Shown here one piece after another: positions 35,712 through 49,504 of a stretch of DNA of 64,000 nucleotides. The stretch covers positions 21,638,001 through 21,702,000 of the forward strand of contig NC_043001.1 in NCBI RefSeq assembly GCF_006345805.1, written 5' to 3'. The translations under genes were made by a program, and so were the position numbers. Numbering within the stretch: the stretch's first letter is position 1; each line of letters begins with the position of its first letter. The notes below the pieces were generated by a model that was not told the origin of the DNA, searched no databases, and was given only the letters and a program-made list of their open reading frames with translations. The DNA comes from Octopus sinensis. Lineage: Eukaryota.

Positions 35712-37796
35712 AGATGTATGTGTGTGAGGGTGTATATATGTGTATATGCACATGTACGTAAGCATATGGATATGAAAGTAAACAGATCAACATACAGACG
35801 GATAGGTACATAGGTTATGAGAACAGACAAGCACACATACGCAAATGGAAACTGAAACACATGACCATATATACATACACTTTACTTCACACAAGGACAC
35901 ATATGGAGATACACGTCCACACATATGGAGATGCACATACATGCATACAAACACGGTACATAGTTGCATACACACAAACATGGACACGCAAACACTTGAA
36001 TATGCAGAATACATACATACATATGCACACACACACACACATACATACACACACATGCGTACGTACATACATACATACATACATACATACATACATACAT
36101 ACACACATACATACATACATACATACATACATACATACATACACACATACATACATACATACATACATACATGTATAGGCACACACACACACACACTGAT
36201 CACACACATGCACAAAAACAAACAAAAATAATGCAGTGTGAATAACGGACAGAGTCAAAACTATTGAAAAGGTTGCAAGACGCAACGAAAATTTTATATA
36301 AGCACATACATACATACATACATACATACACACACATACATACATACATACATACATACAAACATACATACATACATACAAACATACATACATACATACA
36401 TACATACATACATACATACATACATACATACATACATACATACATACATACATACATACATACATAATTGTAATATAAATTTATATTCAACGGTATTACA
36501 TATATTAAGTACTCCGAGTTAGGATCACATAACACGTTTCCATACACTGTCTTGTATATAACAAGAGGCCTTTTCACACCGTGTGTTATCCAGATAATAA
36601 TTGTAGAAAGCTTTTCATAGGGAAAATATGTTACCTAAAGTACACGATGAAAAATATACTAACGCCATCCAACGAGTAATACACGAGAATAATGCCGGAG
36701 GAGAATTAAAGATTTTTACATATGTTATAGAATACATAATTCTTGAGACTGCACGGTTAAGTACAGACATCGACCCCACCAGCATAAAAGTCAAGAAGGC
36801 TCAAAGCTTTTATCAACGATCAAGGACCTAACTAGTTTTCAGTCGGACTTCTTGGACAGGATGTCAAACTTCAGATTTCGTAAATTCATCTCATCCTTTC
36901 GAGAATAGACTCAGATCTCACATTTTTTTCCTAGTCCCTGGGATTCAAGGCTGGTTACACAGTCTCCGTGGTGAATAAGTGACTAAGATCACAACTCTAA
37001 TCGTAACCCCAAACAGGACGCTGGTCCGTTTAAGGGTTCAAGACCATCGACCCCCGAAAGGATGAAAAGCAAAGACGATCTCGGCAGGATTTGAACACTG
37101 AGTATTAAAAAACCTGTAAGAAATTCCACTAAGCATTTTGTCCAACGTGCTAACGATTCTGCCAGCTCACCGCCTTAGATTTAACATTAATAAACTAGAA
37201 AATGATATCCGGATAGACCCTACTATTTTCTGACAAAACTAAGAATTTGTATGAGGTAGATAATACTTGATACAAACTGCTGCGAAATCAGAGTGACAGA
37301 AGATCAAATCCACAGGCAAGTGACAATATGTACAAGGAAGCTAGAGAGATATAACAGTAAAGTTAGATAAAGGCGGTAGGATAGAGACGGTGGTTAGGTA
37401 CAATGACCTCATCACAATCAAGTTACCATACAGCTAACTTCACTTCGAATCCTAAACGAGGTCGATAAAGTTGCTAAATCGGTGAGTGATAAGGTAAAAC
37501 CAGCAAACATACTCGTCTAATACATATATATATATATATATATATATATTCACGCTAATCGATTTTTTAACTTTATTGGGTTCTCATCACTTGATCAATC
37601 CCAGAGAAATAAATAGCCTGTCTCTTTATATACACAACGAATCCAATAGCTTTAGAGAACTGGGGCTACTAATTTGCATTCTACGAGTATTTTATATCAC
37701 CGGCCTATATCATAAACACACACACACACACCGCATACATACATACATACATACATACATACATACATACATACATACATACATACGTACATACAT

Positions 37797-38210
37797 ACCT
37801 GTTTCTTTATTACCCACATGGGGTTAAACATAGAGGAGACAAACAAGGACAGACAAACAGATTAAGTCGATTACATCGACCCCAGTGCGTAACTGGTACT
37901 TATTTAATCGATCCCGAAAGGATGAAAGGCAAAGTCGACCTCGGCGGAATTTGAACTCAGAACGTAACGGCAGACGAAATACCTATTTCTTTATTACCCA
38001 CAAGGGGCTACAACATAGAGGGACAAACAAGGACAGACAAACGGATTAATCGATTATCGTCCCCAGTGCGTACTGGTACTTAGTTAATCGACCCCGAAGG
38101 ATGAAAGGCAAAGTCGACCTCGGCGAAATTTGAACTCAGAACGTAACGGCAGACGAAATACCGCAAAGCATTTCGACCGGCGTGCTAACGTTTCTGCCAG
38201 CTCGCCGCCT
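37797..38210 (-). mobile_element. SINE family A, dimeric
   Basis: Same tail|ggtatttcgtctg junction at ~37983. Confidence 0.85.
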
Positions 38211-38259
38211 TATTCATATATACATACCACAATCTATCCGTGGATTGATTATTCTCATT

Positions 38260-38800
38260 AATAGAAAACTATAAATAATGCCAATGCTGCTGAGCGGGAG
38301 AAAACCGAGAACTGTTTATACAGAATTTGAAGAAAGCTTTGACCAAAAGCATGCAATGACTTCCTAGAATTTTTCGAGGGAATAGAACAAGTGGCCATCA
38401 AGGAAATAGTTGAGCTGGGCTCGGCAATGAAGGGAAAATGCAAAATGTCAATGCAAAAGATATGGAGAATTTACTAGTCTCGTAGTTAGAGTTTATTTCT
38501 TAAAAAGCTGCAGGAGTTGGCAGAGCCATGTTTTTAGAGTGGAAAGCTCTGAAGGAGACAAAACTCAGCATTAAGATTGTTGAAAAGCCAGGGAACTCCG
38601 TCAGTGGAACTAGAAGACTCAAGAAAGAGATAACTGTTACAACTGAAATCTTCCATAACAGCATCACCAAGATTACAGAAATTATCAAGTGGGATGTACT
38701 TTGAATGACCCTGATTGGAAGCGCAGTAGTAAGTAAGACAAAGAAACGTGTTCTAGACGTGGTATGCTGCCGCTGTGAATTGCTATATTCTGATATGCAA
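38260..38800 (+). mobile_element. Highly decayed pogo/Tigger transposase C-terminal remnant
   Basis: IKEIVELG... and NDPDWKRS.K resemble Tigger C-terminal motifs; many stops. Confidence 0.35.
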
Positions 38801-39300
38801 CATATTTGTTGTTTCAACACATCGCTCTCCCGTGTGAAGGCCCCATAAACGGCAGATGATATTCGATGCTTCCTTTGAAAAGAAACCAGCGTACGAGGAA
38901 GAACTACAGTTTAAACATTCATTTAAACATTTATTTAGACGTTCAGTGTAGATATAACCTCATCTACTCTACTTGTCACTGGTGTTTTTTTAATCGAATT
39001 AACGGTGAGTAGACATTTGTATGCATAATTGAAGATGATTAACTTACATCGTGATTTTTATGCCATTAGATCTTAATTAAAGTGTGTGTGTGTGTGTGTA
39101 TGTGTGCGTATGTGTGTGTGATTGGGTGTGTGTTTAATTTTATAATTTTAGAAGATTCCTTGTAATTTTAGACACCTTTACTTTTTCAATCGTCATTTGT
39201 GCAAGAATCACTTTTAAAAATAGATTGTATATGTGTTATAATAGCGCGAATCTATATTATAAATACATTAATACATACGTACACACACACACACACACAC

Positions 39301-39335
<35 letters not shown>

Positions 39336-39376
39336 GACGGACAGACGGACGGACAGACGGACAGACAGACGGACAG

Positions 39377-39589
39377 ACACCGTGACCGACCAGGCTACAC
39401 ATGTTGCTACACATTGTTTTAGCCTCCAAATGATGCCACTCTGCTGGCCAACAGAAGAAAGAGTGAGCCTCGAGGAGCTTTAAGTGTTTTCGTTCAATAA
39501 ACACTCACAACACCCAGTCTGGGAATCGAAACCGCGATCCTACAACCGCGAGTCCGCTGCCCTAACCACTGGGCCATTGCGCTTCCACA
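39377..39589 (-). mobile_element. SINE family C with RTE-type tail, internally deleted
   Basis: Head as at 27945; tail tagcctggtcggtcacggtg as at 9050-9070. Confidence 0.8.
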
Positions 39590-40330
39590 CGTATAAATAT
39601 ATTTATACATATTTATGTACATATACATACACATACACACACACATTACTAGAGCTGTTTTTAATTCGTAATTTACTTCCACATATGCATCGCCGTGGCC
39701 CATCATCAAATATTTACATACAGTCACAAACAGGGGACTGAGTTCGTCTTCGGTTCGATCTAAGTACATAGTGTTGATTAGCCACAAGGATGGTCAAATA
39801 TTGGTATCCGCTACTCTTAGGTTCAATCCGAGGCGAGTTATCTGTCTTGCCACGTCTATAACTTTCAGGTATTTTAAGATCCAGCATTATTAGGGAGTCT
39901 CCCTAAATGCCATCCCGCAGCAAATTCAGCGAATAAACAAAACACATACATTGCCTATGGGCGATCAATATGTCTGAATGTTTAGAGAGATAAGGGTTAC
40001 TATGTTTGAATCTTGAGCTGTGTGTTTTCCTTCTTGTCCGTGCTTAATTTTCCGAATAATAATAATGAAATTATTGTATACAGTGCTCAGGTGCACCACA
40101 ACTTGTCAAAAAGTATAATATAATTAGTTTTATCCGCTAATGAGTCCCCTTTAATTTTGCTCAGACTGCTTTCAGTTTTGGTGTATCGATGCAACACTGA
40201 ATTTTGATTAAGATCAACCAATTATTTTTATCTCGTAAATTAAAGAATCTGATGTTATTTGGAATTAAAGTTGGGAAATTTAGGTAATTTTAGTCAGCGT
40301 AGCTTTAGCGGCTTGTTACCATGGAATGGG

Positions 40331-40713
40331 GAAGCACTCCGTCGGTTACGACGACGAGGGTTCCGGTTGATCCGAATCAACGGAATAGCCTGCTCGTGAA
40401 ATTAACGTATAATTGGCTGAGCACTCCACAGACACGTGTACCCCTAACGTAGTTCTCGGGGATATTCAGCGTGACACAGAGAGTGACAAGGCCGGCCCTT
40501 TGAAATACAGGTACAACAGAAACAGGAAGTAAGAGTGAGAGAAAGTTGTGGTGAAAGAGTACAGCAGGGATCACCACCATCCCCTGCCGGAGCCTCATGG
40601 AACTTTTAGGTGTTTTCGCTCAATAAACACTAACAACACCCGGTCTGGGAATCGAAACCGCGATCCTATGACCGTGAGTCCACTGCCCTAACCACTGGGC
40701 CATTGCGCCTCCA
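40331..40713 (-). mobile_element. SINE family C with alternative tail
   Basis: Reverse complement of 27945-28330. Confidence 0.85.
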
Positions 40714-40938
40714 CTTGTTACCATGACAACCACACGCGATGTTGTGTTTCACTCCACCCGTGTCTGTGCCGCAAATTGTTCTGTGTTGATTCTTAACACC
40801 ACGAGATTCTTTTCCCACTCGTGTTTTCTTTTAATTTTTCTGTGTTAATATATTACAAAATTTTCTATGTTTCTGTCTGTTAGTATTTTTCTGTGCTTTT
40901 TTCTGTGCGTTAGTATTTTTACATATTTTTCATTTCAT

Positions 40939-41133
40939 AGGCGCAGGAGTGGCTGTGTGGTAAGTAGCTTGCTAACCAACCACATGGTTCCGGGTTCAGT
41001 CCCACTGCGTGGCATCTTGGGCAAGTGTCTTCTGCTATAGCCCCGGGCCGACCAATGCCTTGTGAGTGGACTTGGTAGACGGAAACTGAAAGAAGCCTGT
41101 CGTATATATGTTATATATATATATATATATATA

Positions 41134-41184
<51 letters not shown>

Positions 41185-41585
41185 GTGTGTTTGTGTGTGT
41201 ATGTGTGTCTGTGTTGGTGTCTGTGTTTGTCCCCCTAGCATTGCTTGACAACCGATGCTGGTGTGTTTACGTCCCCGTCACTTAGCGGTTCGGCAAAACA
41301 GACTTGGTAGACGGAAACTGAAAGAAGCCTGTCGTATATATGTATATATATATATATGTGTGTGTGTGTTTGTGTCTGTGTTTGTCCCCCTAGCATTGCT
41401 TGACAACCGATGCTGGTGTGTTTACGTCCCCGTAACTTAGCGGTTCGGCAAAAGAGACCGATAGAATAAGTACTGGGCTTACAAAGAATAAGTCCTGGGG
41501 TCGATTTGCTCGACTATAAAGGCGGTGTTCCAGCATGGCCGCAGTCAGATGACTGAAACAAGCAAAAGAGGAAAAGAGTAAAGAG
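40939..41585 (+). mobile_element. SINE family B with internal tandem duplication
   Basis: Block gacttggtagacgg...cggttcggcaaaa occurs at 41069-41298 and 41301-41453. Confidence 0.85.
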
Positions 41586-41719
41586 TATATATTTTTGGGA
41601 GAAATTTTTTGTTGACCAGTGTTATTCTTATCGTAGTTTATAAATCCAAACATGAAAACTTTATTCAACTTTGGAGTTTTGGAGACAGACGCCACCTTTT
41701 CACACACACACACACACCA

Positions 41720-41787
<68 letters not shown>

Positions 41788-43100
41788 CACACATACACAC
41801 ACACATAGGCACACACACACACACACACGCACATGCACATATATATTAATGACGTACACAAATACATGACAGGTATACATAATACTGAAATACACATAAA
41901 ATAAACACACGCAGACAAATATATTAATGTAACAAATTTTTGAAAAATTATAAAAGCATACAATCGCTGAAATAACAAAAGAAACAGTAAGATGATACAT
42001 GTTGATTTTATTAGGTATTTCTGTTTATTTAGAAACCTACAATGAACAGGTCATTTCACAGACGTTAATCTATAAATTTCACAGGGGTACGTACAACCTT
42101 GAAGTTGACACCGCTCCGCTAAACGCGGAAAATTTCTGTCTCGCTATTGGCTACAAGTACACAGGGTTTTTTTTCTGTTTTTAAACCTCTGTAAATTTTT
42201 CCTCCATTTTTTTTCTCTACAACATCATACCTTCATAGCAATAAGACTGGAAAACTACACTATTATACCCGATTACCAAATTTTTTACTTCATTTTAAAA
42301 ATGCATATTTCGTTAATCATTTTAATTAGATCCAATTTTTCTTCTATTCAATGACAACGCTACCCAAGGATTTTTATCTACGTTTATGGCAATTTCTCAG
42401 CGAGACACCTTCTTTCCACTGTTGGTCTTCTTTCTTTCCTCTCTATCACTATCTCTATTTCCATCTCTGTCTCCGTTTCTCGTTGCATCCCATCTTTCCT
42501 TCTCATTGTTGTCTGTTATCACCTTCTTTTCTGTTCAATTCTAACCTTTCCGCAATGCATTTGTGTTCCTTTTTATTCCATTTCTACTGCTTAGCTTATT
42601 TCTTCCTTCCTTATCACTTCCCTCTTCGTCCTTTCTGACTCATTGCTCAAGGGCCAACGTCTTAACTATCCATTCATTTCCTCTTTGGATTAGACTTCAC
42701 ACGACCGTATTTAGTGTGTTGTTAATCTTAGAGACTTTCGTCGGAAAACCTCACGGTTTAATAGCCTTTAGAACTTCGTCCCGTGTTCTATTTGTTAAGC
42801 TAATTTTCCGTGAAATTGTGCATACATGTTGTCGTCCAAACTTGACACCAAACTCGAACGCGTTGAAGCAAGTGTACAATTATGTTGATTAATGCGCTGA
42901 AATTGACCTGACTTTTAGCTAACGGCTGATGAAAGTGCAAGGTTAACTTGCTTGTAACTTGACCAATTTATCAGTTTCCGTCTACCAAATTCACTTACAA
43001 GGCTTTGGTCGGCTCGAGGCTATAACAGAAGACACTTGCCCAAGGTGCCACACAGTGGGACTGAAACCAGAAACATGTGATTGGGAGACAAGCTTCATAT

Positions 43101-43187
<87 letters not shown>

Positions 43188-43239
43188 TAGATATAGATAT
43201 ATGTAGTATATATATATATACACATATAACATATATATG

Positions 43240-43298
<59 letters not shown>

Positions 43299-43308
43299 GC
43301 ACACACAC

Positions 43309-43358
<50 letters not shown>

Positions 43359-43619
43359 ATAATAAATAATTAATAATTATATACATAATTATAAGAGATT
43401 GGCTAAAAGCTTCTCCGCGCGCTAGAAAAAGACGCCAAAAGACGCTAATACCACCTTAAAAACTCCAAAAAATAAAATATGGGCTGTAGTCGAGCAAAAG
43501 AAAGACAATGAATTAACTTTTGGTTAAACGCGTACAAGATCCAGTTTCAAGTAAAAAAAAATTATACCTATTGCTATCTTCAGCAACGTTATTCCGTAGT
43601 ATAAATTCACGAGTATCTA

Positions 43620-44012
43620 TGAACCCGTCAAAGGGCAGAGGAACTCTTCAGAGTCAACGGCCATCCAATAAATGTCTTAAGGCTGTATCATGCGCGGGGA
43701 CATAGAAATAATCGGACTGAATACCCGATCGCGTGGTTAAACCATTGGGAGAGAAGGACTCCTAGCCTTTGTTAAGGCATCCTTCTGGGAGAAGGTAACT
43801 CAGGTAACTGGGATAACTCTGACATAAAACCTGCTGATGTTGAGTTGTTCTTCTTTTCGGATTATGGCTGCTGTTGCTTTGTGAGTGGGATTGACTCAGT
43901 GCACAGCCTTTCCTCACTTTAAAAAAAGTCTTCTTGCACAGGAATTGCACGATAACAACATTGATTAAGCTTTGTGCAATGGCCATACTCGATAACGAGG
44001 GGGCAGCTACCA
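43620..44012 (+). mobile_element. Non-coding RTE-derived short element
   Basis: 3' end gtgcaatggccatactcgataacgagggggcagc is identical to 34784-34817; gtcaacggccatccaa is shared with ~34160-34175. Confidence 0.65.
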
Positions 44013-44329
44013 TATATGTATGTGAAAACGATTACGCAGAAATGCAGAATGTTTATGCTTAGCAAAATCTTGTCAAGTAGGCAGACAAGCTGTCGTTGGC
44101 GAAATTCTGGTATCACATTCTGTTTTCTTTCAAATAATTTATTTGCATTCAACTTTTTTCATTGAATATTGATTGTTTTTTTTACAATAAATTTCATAAA
44201 ACGCAATACTGTCGGAACAATACAAAAGAGAAGACTGCTGGTCTCCCTCTGCACTTGTTGAACTTGTATTCACAGAGAGCTTTTGTTCTATCACTGAGGC
44301 AGCATAAAGCAACAATGTAGTGAGTGAAC

Positions 44330-44502
44330 TGCAAAATAACCTGCAATAAGAAAACTGCACAAGAATTTGTACCGCATTTAGCTAAAACAATCGAGGGTTC
44401 TAATTTCTTTAAAACAAATATTTAATGCTGATGAAACCACCTATTTTGGAAGAAAGTGTCGAAGAGAAGATTTTATATTTCAAAGAATTGAAGAAAGAAA
44501 AA
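44330..44502 (+). mobile_element. pogo/Tigger transposase remnant
   Basis: AQEFVPHLAKTIE...IFNADET.LFWKK..KR.FYISKE across frameshifts. Confidence 0.7.
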
Positions 44503-44523
44503 AGGATCAGTTGATTTAAAATA

Positions 44524-44755
44524 TATTTCTTTATTGCCCACAAGGGGCTAAACATAGAGGGGACAAACACAGACAGACAAAGGGATTAAGTCAACTACAT
44601 CGACCCCAGTGCGCAACTGGTACTTTATTTATCGACCCCGAAAGGATGAAAGGCAAAGTCGACCTCGGCGGTGTTTGAACACAGAACGTAACGACAGACG
44701 AAATACTGCTGAGCATTTCGCCCGGCGTGCTAACGCTTCTGCCAGCTCGCCGCCT
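44524..44755 (-). mobile_element. SINE family A monomer
   Basis: 16-bp TSD cagttgatttaaaata on both sides. Confidence 0.9.
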
Positions 44756-45511
44756 TGCCAGTTGATTTAAAATAGTGATTGGATCACACTCAGCACTGCT
44801 TAGGGCATCAAGGGAAGTGGGGGGCACAGAAATGGTAGAGGGTTTACGGGACAACAGAAATCCCTCTAAACTTGCTAAAATAATATTCATTTATTTTTTT
44901 TGTCAGATGCTAGGTCATCGTCAAATTTGACGCCCAATCTGTCATATGTATATATAAATGTATGGCAGTGCGTGTTTATAAGTGTGTGTATACATATAAG
45001 TATACACACACTCACACGTATGTACATATAATACCGTGTATGTGTACATATATAGACGTATTATAAAATATATATTATATAATGTATGTGTATATATGTA
45101 TATATATGTATATATATGTATGTATATGTGTGTGTATATACTTATAAGTATATATATATTTTAATACCACATGTGTATATATATATATACATGAATTATG
45201 TGATATATATTATCAAATATGGTATGTATATGTGTATATGTATATATATGTGTGTGTGCATATATATGTATATGTGTGTGTGTGTAATAAATGAAAAAAT
45301 GCATGGTAAATAAACGTACGACATTATGTATTCTGAGTGTGAAAACAGACGGGAGACAAACACAGAAGGTCCCATATTCTTCATCAGTTATCAACCAATT
45401 GTCAATACTCAGTTTCGCACCTTTAATGCGAAACTGAGTATTTACACTCTGTATACATTATGTCGTATTTTTTTCATTACGTAATGGAAGTCAACACACT
45501 AAATTTGTATG

Positions 45512-45592
<81 letters not shown>

Positions 45593-45616
45593 TTACCACA
45601 CAGCCACTCCTGCGCC

Positions 45617-45896
45617 TTTGTTGATTTTTTTTCTTCAATTTCTGCAATTTCAACCAATCAATGCTGTCCATTGAGGTAAAAAGCATTCTGTGCCGTATGA
45701 ATATGTCCCACGTTTAAGAAACAGATTGGGTTTATTTACATTTGTGAAGAAAAAAGATACCCTTTCCCCCACCCCTAACCCTAACCCTAACCCTAAAAGA
45801 GATTGAAATGCAATAGATCGATACTAGGGTCATAATTATGGGTGACAATTTCATATGACACCGCTAGAAAAACTGCCGTTCAAACCGAAAAGATCC
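45617..45896. mobile_element. GGATC-TIR MITE, one end missing
   Basis: Matches 20525-20795. Confidence 0.85.
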
Positions 45897-46114
45897 CATA
45901 TCTGGCCTATTATATATGCATTTATTTGAAGTTTTCAATGGATCATTCCACCACAACTCTTTCATATTATGAGTCGTTATGGTCTCTGCCATACTGTCGA
46001 TATATGTGCGTATGTATATATGGATGCACGTATGTATGCATATTTGTATATACAGAGTGGCCCAAAAGTAGGTTTACGGCTATCACGTAGGCACTTTAAA
46101 GTTCTTTTAAAACA

Positions 46115-46310
46115 TGTTCTGTTGTGTCTGGGGAGAGTCATTTTCTTTTTGTGCCTTATTATGTAACACACTCACCGGTAAAATTTCCACTTTTTTCTTA
46201 TTTTCATTTTCCTAAAATTTTCGTTGCGTCTTGCAACTTTTTCAATAGTTTTGACTCTCTTACATTATAAGGCACAAAAAGAAAATGACTCTCCCCAAAC
46301 ACAACAGAAT
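46115..46310. repeat. ~55-bp inverted repeats around a dispersed core
   Basis: ttctgttgtg..gggagagtcattttctttttgtgccttat is mirrored at 46260-46310; the core is also present inverted at 36252-36296. Confidence 0.7.
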
Positions 46311-47045
46311 ATGCTTCAACACACGAACTCATATAAAGAATCTTGCAAACCAAATCCAAAAACGAAATATTAAAACATTTTATTACATTAAAATTTCTAT
46401 TTTACAATTAACTAAATTAGCATAAGATAATGGTTTCATATTTTTTTAATAATTAAGATCTAAACTGTTAATATATGAGTGCGAAAGAGATAGTTGAATA
46501 TCCAGAGGATGCTGGTTTAGCTTCTCCGTTTTTACTGGCCGAAGTTTTCCAGGGAATCATGAAATGGTACATACTTGAATTCGAGGAATGTTTTTTTTTT
46601 CATGTTTAATTTGCGCATATATTCACCTAATTCACGAATTTTGGCATAATGTAAAAATTCTATTCATCAATAGAAAAAAAGCACGTTTGAAACAGCTGTA
46701 GTGAGTGAACCACTATCCATCCGTTGTTGTTTGTTTATTATTCACCTTACTTGGAACCTACAATTACCATGGATCTGGAATCTATTGAGTGCAGTACAAT
46801 TAACGCAGCGTTTGTACGTAGGTGCAGCCTTCAGATTCGTGGTATATTCGGTCGGACGCTTATGATCGTACATGCAACTGGAATATAAATCCGTCTTTAT
46901 TTCGTTATGTACGTATATGTTCCTCTAATTTTGTTTTGTACACGATAGCGATTTCATTGACCCGACCTTGGTGCTTTACAATTTATTGTATTGACCTAAT
47001 TCACTTGAATCCTGAACTTATATATATATATATATATATATATAT

Positions 47046-47108
<63 letters not shown>

Positions 47109-47111
47109 TCG

Positions 47112-47296
47112 TTAGCCATGACACACATTTTTTTCTCTCCTGGTTTTTCTCCTTGTTTTTTCTGTGTCCCTTTTTGTAGAAGAGCGGTGGATCGAAACGT
47201 AAAGACTTTTTCCATTCCTGAGCGTCAAACTAATACATCTGTTTGTTTTGTACACCACTTATCTTCGTCTTTTGTTTTTTCGTAAACTCTCCCTAT
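47112..47296 (+). mobile_element. Copy of the variant-hammerhead element (decayed core)
   Basis: Homologous to 7576-7748; its end is repeated inverted at ~47385-47403 (tagggagagtttacgaaa). Confidence 0.7.
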
Positions 47297-47325
47297 GTAT
47301 GTATGTATATATATATATATATATA

Positions 47326-47387
<62 letters not shown>

Positions 47388-47399
47388 GGGAGAGTTTAC

Positions 47400-47813
47400 G
47401 AAACATGGTCTACCACAAAGAGAGAAGAGCAAAGACTGATAACGGCTCAAAGAGCCATGGAAAGGTCAATGCTTGGTATCTCGTTGAGAGAGCACATAAA
47501 TAGCAACATCATCAGAAAGAAGTCCGTCGTGAGAGATGTCATCGCAGAGTATACTCGCAGCAAGTTTAGATGGGCTGGACACGTCGCCCGGCTCACCGAT
47601 AATCGGTAGACGCACGCAGTTGTCGAGTGGTACCCGCGTGAGCGGAAAAGACCACCCGGAAGACCTCCACGACGGTGGAGTGACGATTTCAAGAGGACGA
47701 TTGGAATCACGTGGATGAGAAAGGCGCGATCCAGAGAGGAGTGGACAGCGTGCTGTGACCAGCGGTGTCAAATGGACGCCTGACGGACTGGTCGGTCAAA
47801 GTGATCAAAGTGA
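47400..47813 (+). mobile_element. RTE-clade LINE 3' end
   Basis: ETWSTTK...QRAMERSMLGISL...KFRWAGHVAR...W.PRERKRPPGRPPRRW; tail (tcaaagtga)x2. Confidence 0.9.
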
Positions 47814-47823
47814 TATATATATA

Positions 47824-47947
47824 CGCTAGCGTAGTGAGAGTGTGTGCCGCTCGCGGACCCAACAAAAAACACATAATGCCTACAACAGGCCCAAAAGTGC
47901 TTCCCCTTTAAAAGTGCCACCCCTACCGACCCCTTGCTACGCTAGTG
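47824..47947. mobile_element. Small MITE-like element
   Basis: Inverted termini cgctagcgtag / ctacgctagtg. Confidence 0.4.
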
Positions 47948-48349
47948 TGTGTGTGTGTGTGTGTATGCGTGCGTACTCTGCTCTAATCCGGTGTAGTACC
48001 ACCAGCCAGGATCCCAGCTTTGAGTTAAGTAGCATATGTGATAACATTCTGTGTGAATGCGGGGACGCAGAACTACCCTTGGTTGGTGTCAAGCGCGCAG
48101 TAAATTCACTGGGATTAAGGAACCCCTAACTGTTGAAGATTGGCGAAGCGTACTGATCTAACTAGTTGAAATCACACAGTAAGCTATAACTTTTGTCTGT
48201 CGCCTACGCTTCAAGTCATGCAGATCTGCAGCGGGACTGAATCGTCACCTAATAACTGGTAGGTCATGGGCGGAAAGTCAGAAATGCCATTGACACCGAG
48301 GAAGCACAAGGAGACGGCAATCATCTGTGAAGATGGTGAATTCGCTACA

Positions 48350-48585
48350 TTCTTTTATTCTTTTATTCTTTTATTCTTTTACTTGCTTCAGTCATTTGAC
48401 TGCGGTCATGCTGGAGCCCCGCCTTTTAGTCGAACAAATCAACTCCTGGACATATTCTTTGTAAGCCTAGTACTTATTTTTTTCGGTCTCTTCTGCCGAA
48501 CCGCTATATTACGGAGACGTAAACACGCCAGCATCGGTTGCCAAGCGATGGTGGGGGTACAAACACAGACGTACAAACATAGACA

Positions 48586-48645
<60 letters not shown>

Positions 48646-48800
48646 GACAAGCTTCTTTCAGTTTCGTTACCAAATATACTCACAAGGCTTTGCCCGGCCC
48701 GAAGCTATGGTACAAGGCACTTGCCCAAAGTGCCACGCAGTGGGATTGAACCCAGAACTATGTGGTTGGGAAACAAGCTTCTTACCACACAGCCACACTG
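48350..48800 (-). mobile_element. SINE family B
   Basis: Matches the family consensus. Confidence 0.8.
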
Positions 48801-49044
48801 CGTTCTTGTCCCATTTTGTATTAATATGTGTGTGTGTGTAGCGGCGTACGTACACTTTGGTCTCTTACATGTAAGTATATATTTATCTAAATCTTGTGCG
48901 ACTCTATTCTTTTATTCTTTTATTCTTTCCTTCTTTGTATCAGCCCCTTCATGCTTACTTCATTCATTCCACTCTTCATTCTTTCGTTCCTTCTCTCTCA
49001 CTTTTCATTGCCTTCTCTTCATGCTCACTTTCCTCCTCTTTTCA

Positions 49045-49108
49045 CTTCACTGTGTCCCTGTCATTTTTCTCGCCCCTCCTTATTTCTTCTGTCCCTCTGC
49101 CTCTAGCA

Positions 49109-49149
<41 letters not shown>

Positions 49150-49485
49150 ATCTCCCCACGTGACTGGTGTTCAACCAAGCCTGATCTTTCTTTCTTGGTT
49201 CGGCCGCTGTCTGTGCAACATCTATATTCTTCCCTGTGCCTGTGAAATCTTGTATTCCTGCCGTAAGGCTTTACTTCCACACACGCCAGCTTAACTTAAT
49301 TCGTCCTTAGTCAAAAGACACCTGTTGTTATGTTCTGTTATTTGTTTTTGTGTAACATTTCTCCATTTTTTCCGCCTTTGTTTTCGTATACATTCGCTGC
49401 TTTCTTCCTAGGAATCTAATGCTCTTTGCTTAGTTTCTCCTTGGGGCTGGCCAGATTGGAGCAACCTCCAAGATTGCAAAGATAA
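49045..49485 (+). repeat. Dispersed element, with a partial second copy at 50924-51172
   Basis: cactgtgtccctgtcatttttt...aattcgtccttagtc.aaagacacc is present in both copies. Confidence 0.75.
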
Positions 49486-49504
49486 TCTAATAATTCTAAG
49501 ATTA

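Noticed and set aside
35600-36470. Long YIHT/VCMY/YIYI-repeat ORFs here and throughout the window
   Set aside because: Translations of (TACA)n, (TA)n and (CA)n microsatellites.
47975-48345. Decayed LINE endonuclease on the minus strand (LLCDFN resembles GDFN)
   Set aside because: Single weak motif amid stops; not supportable.
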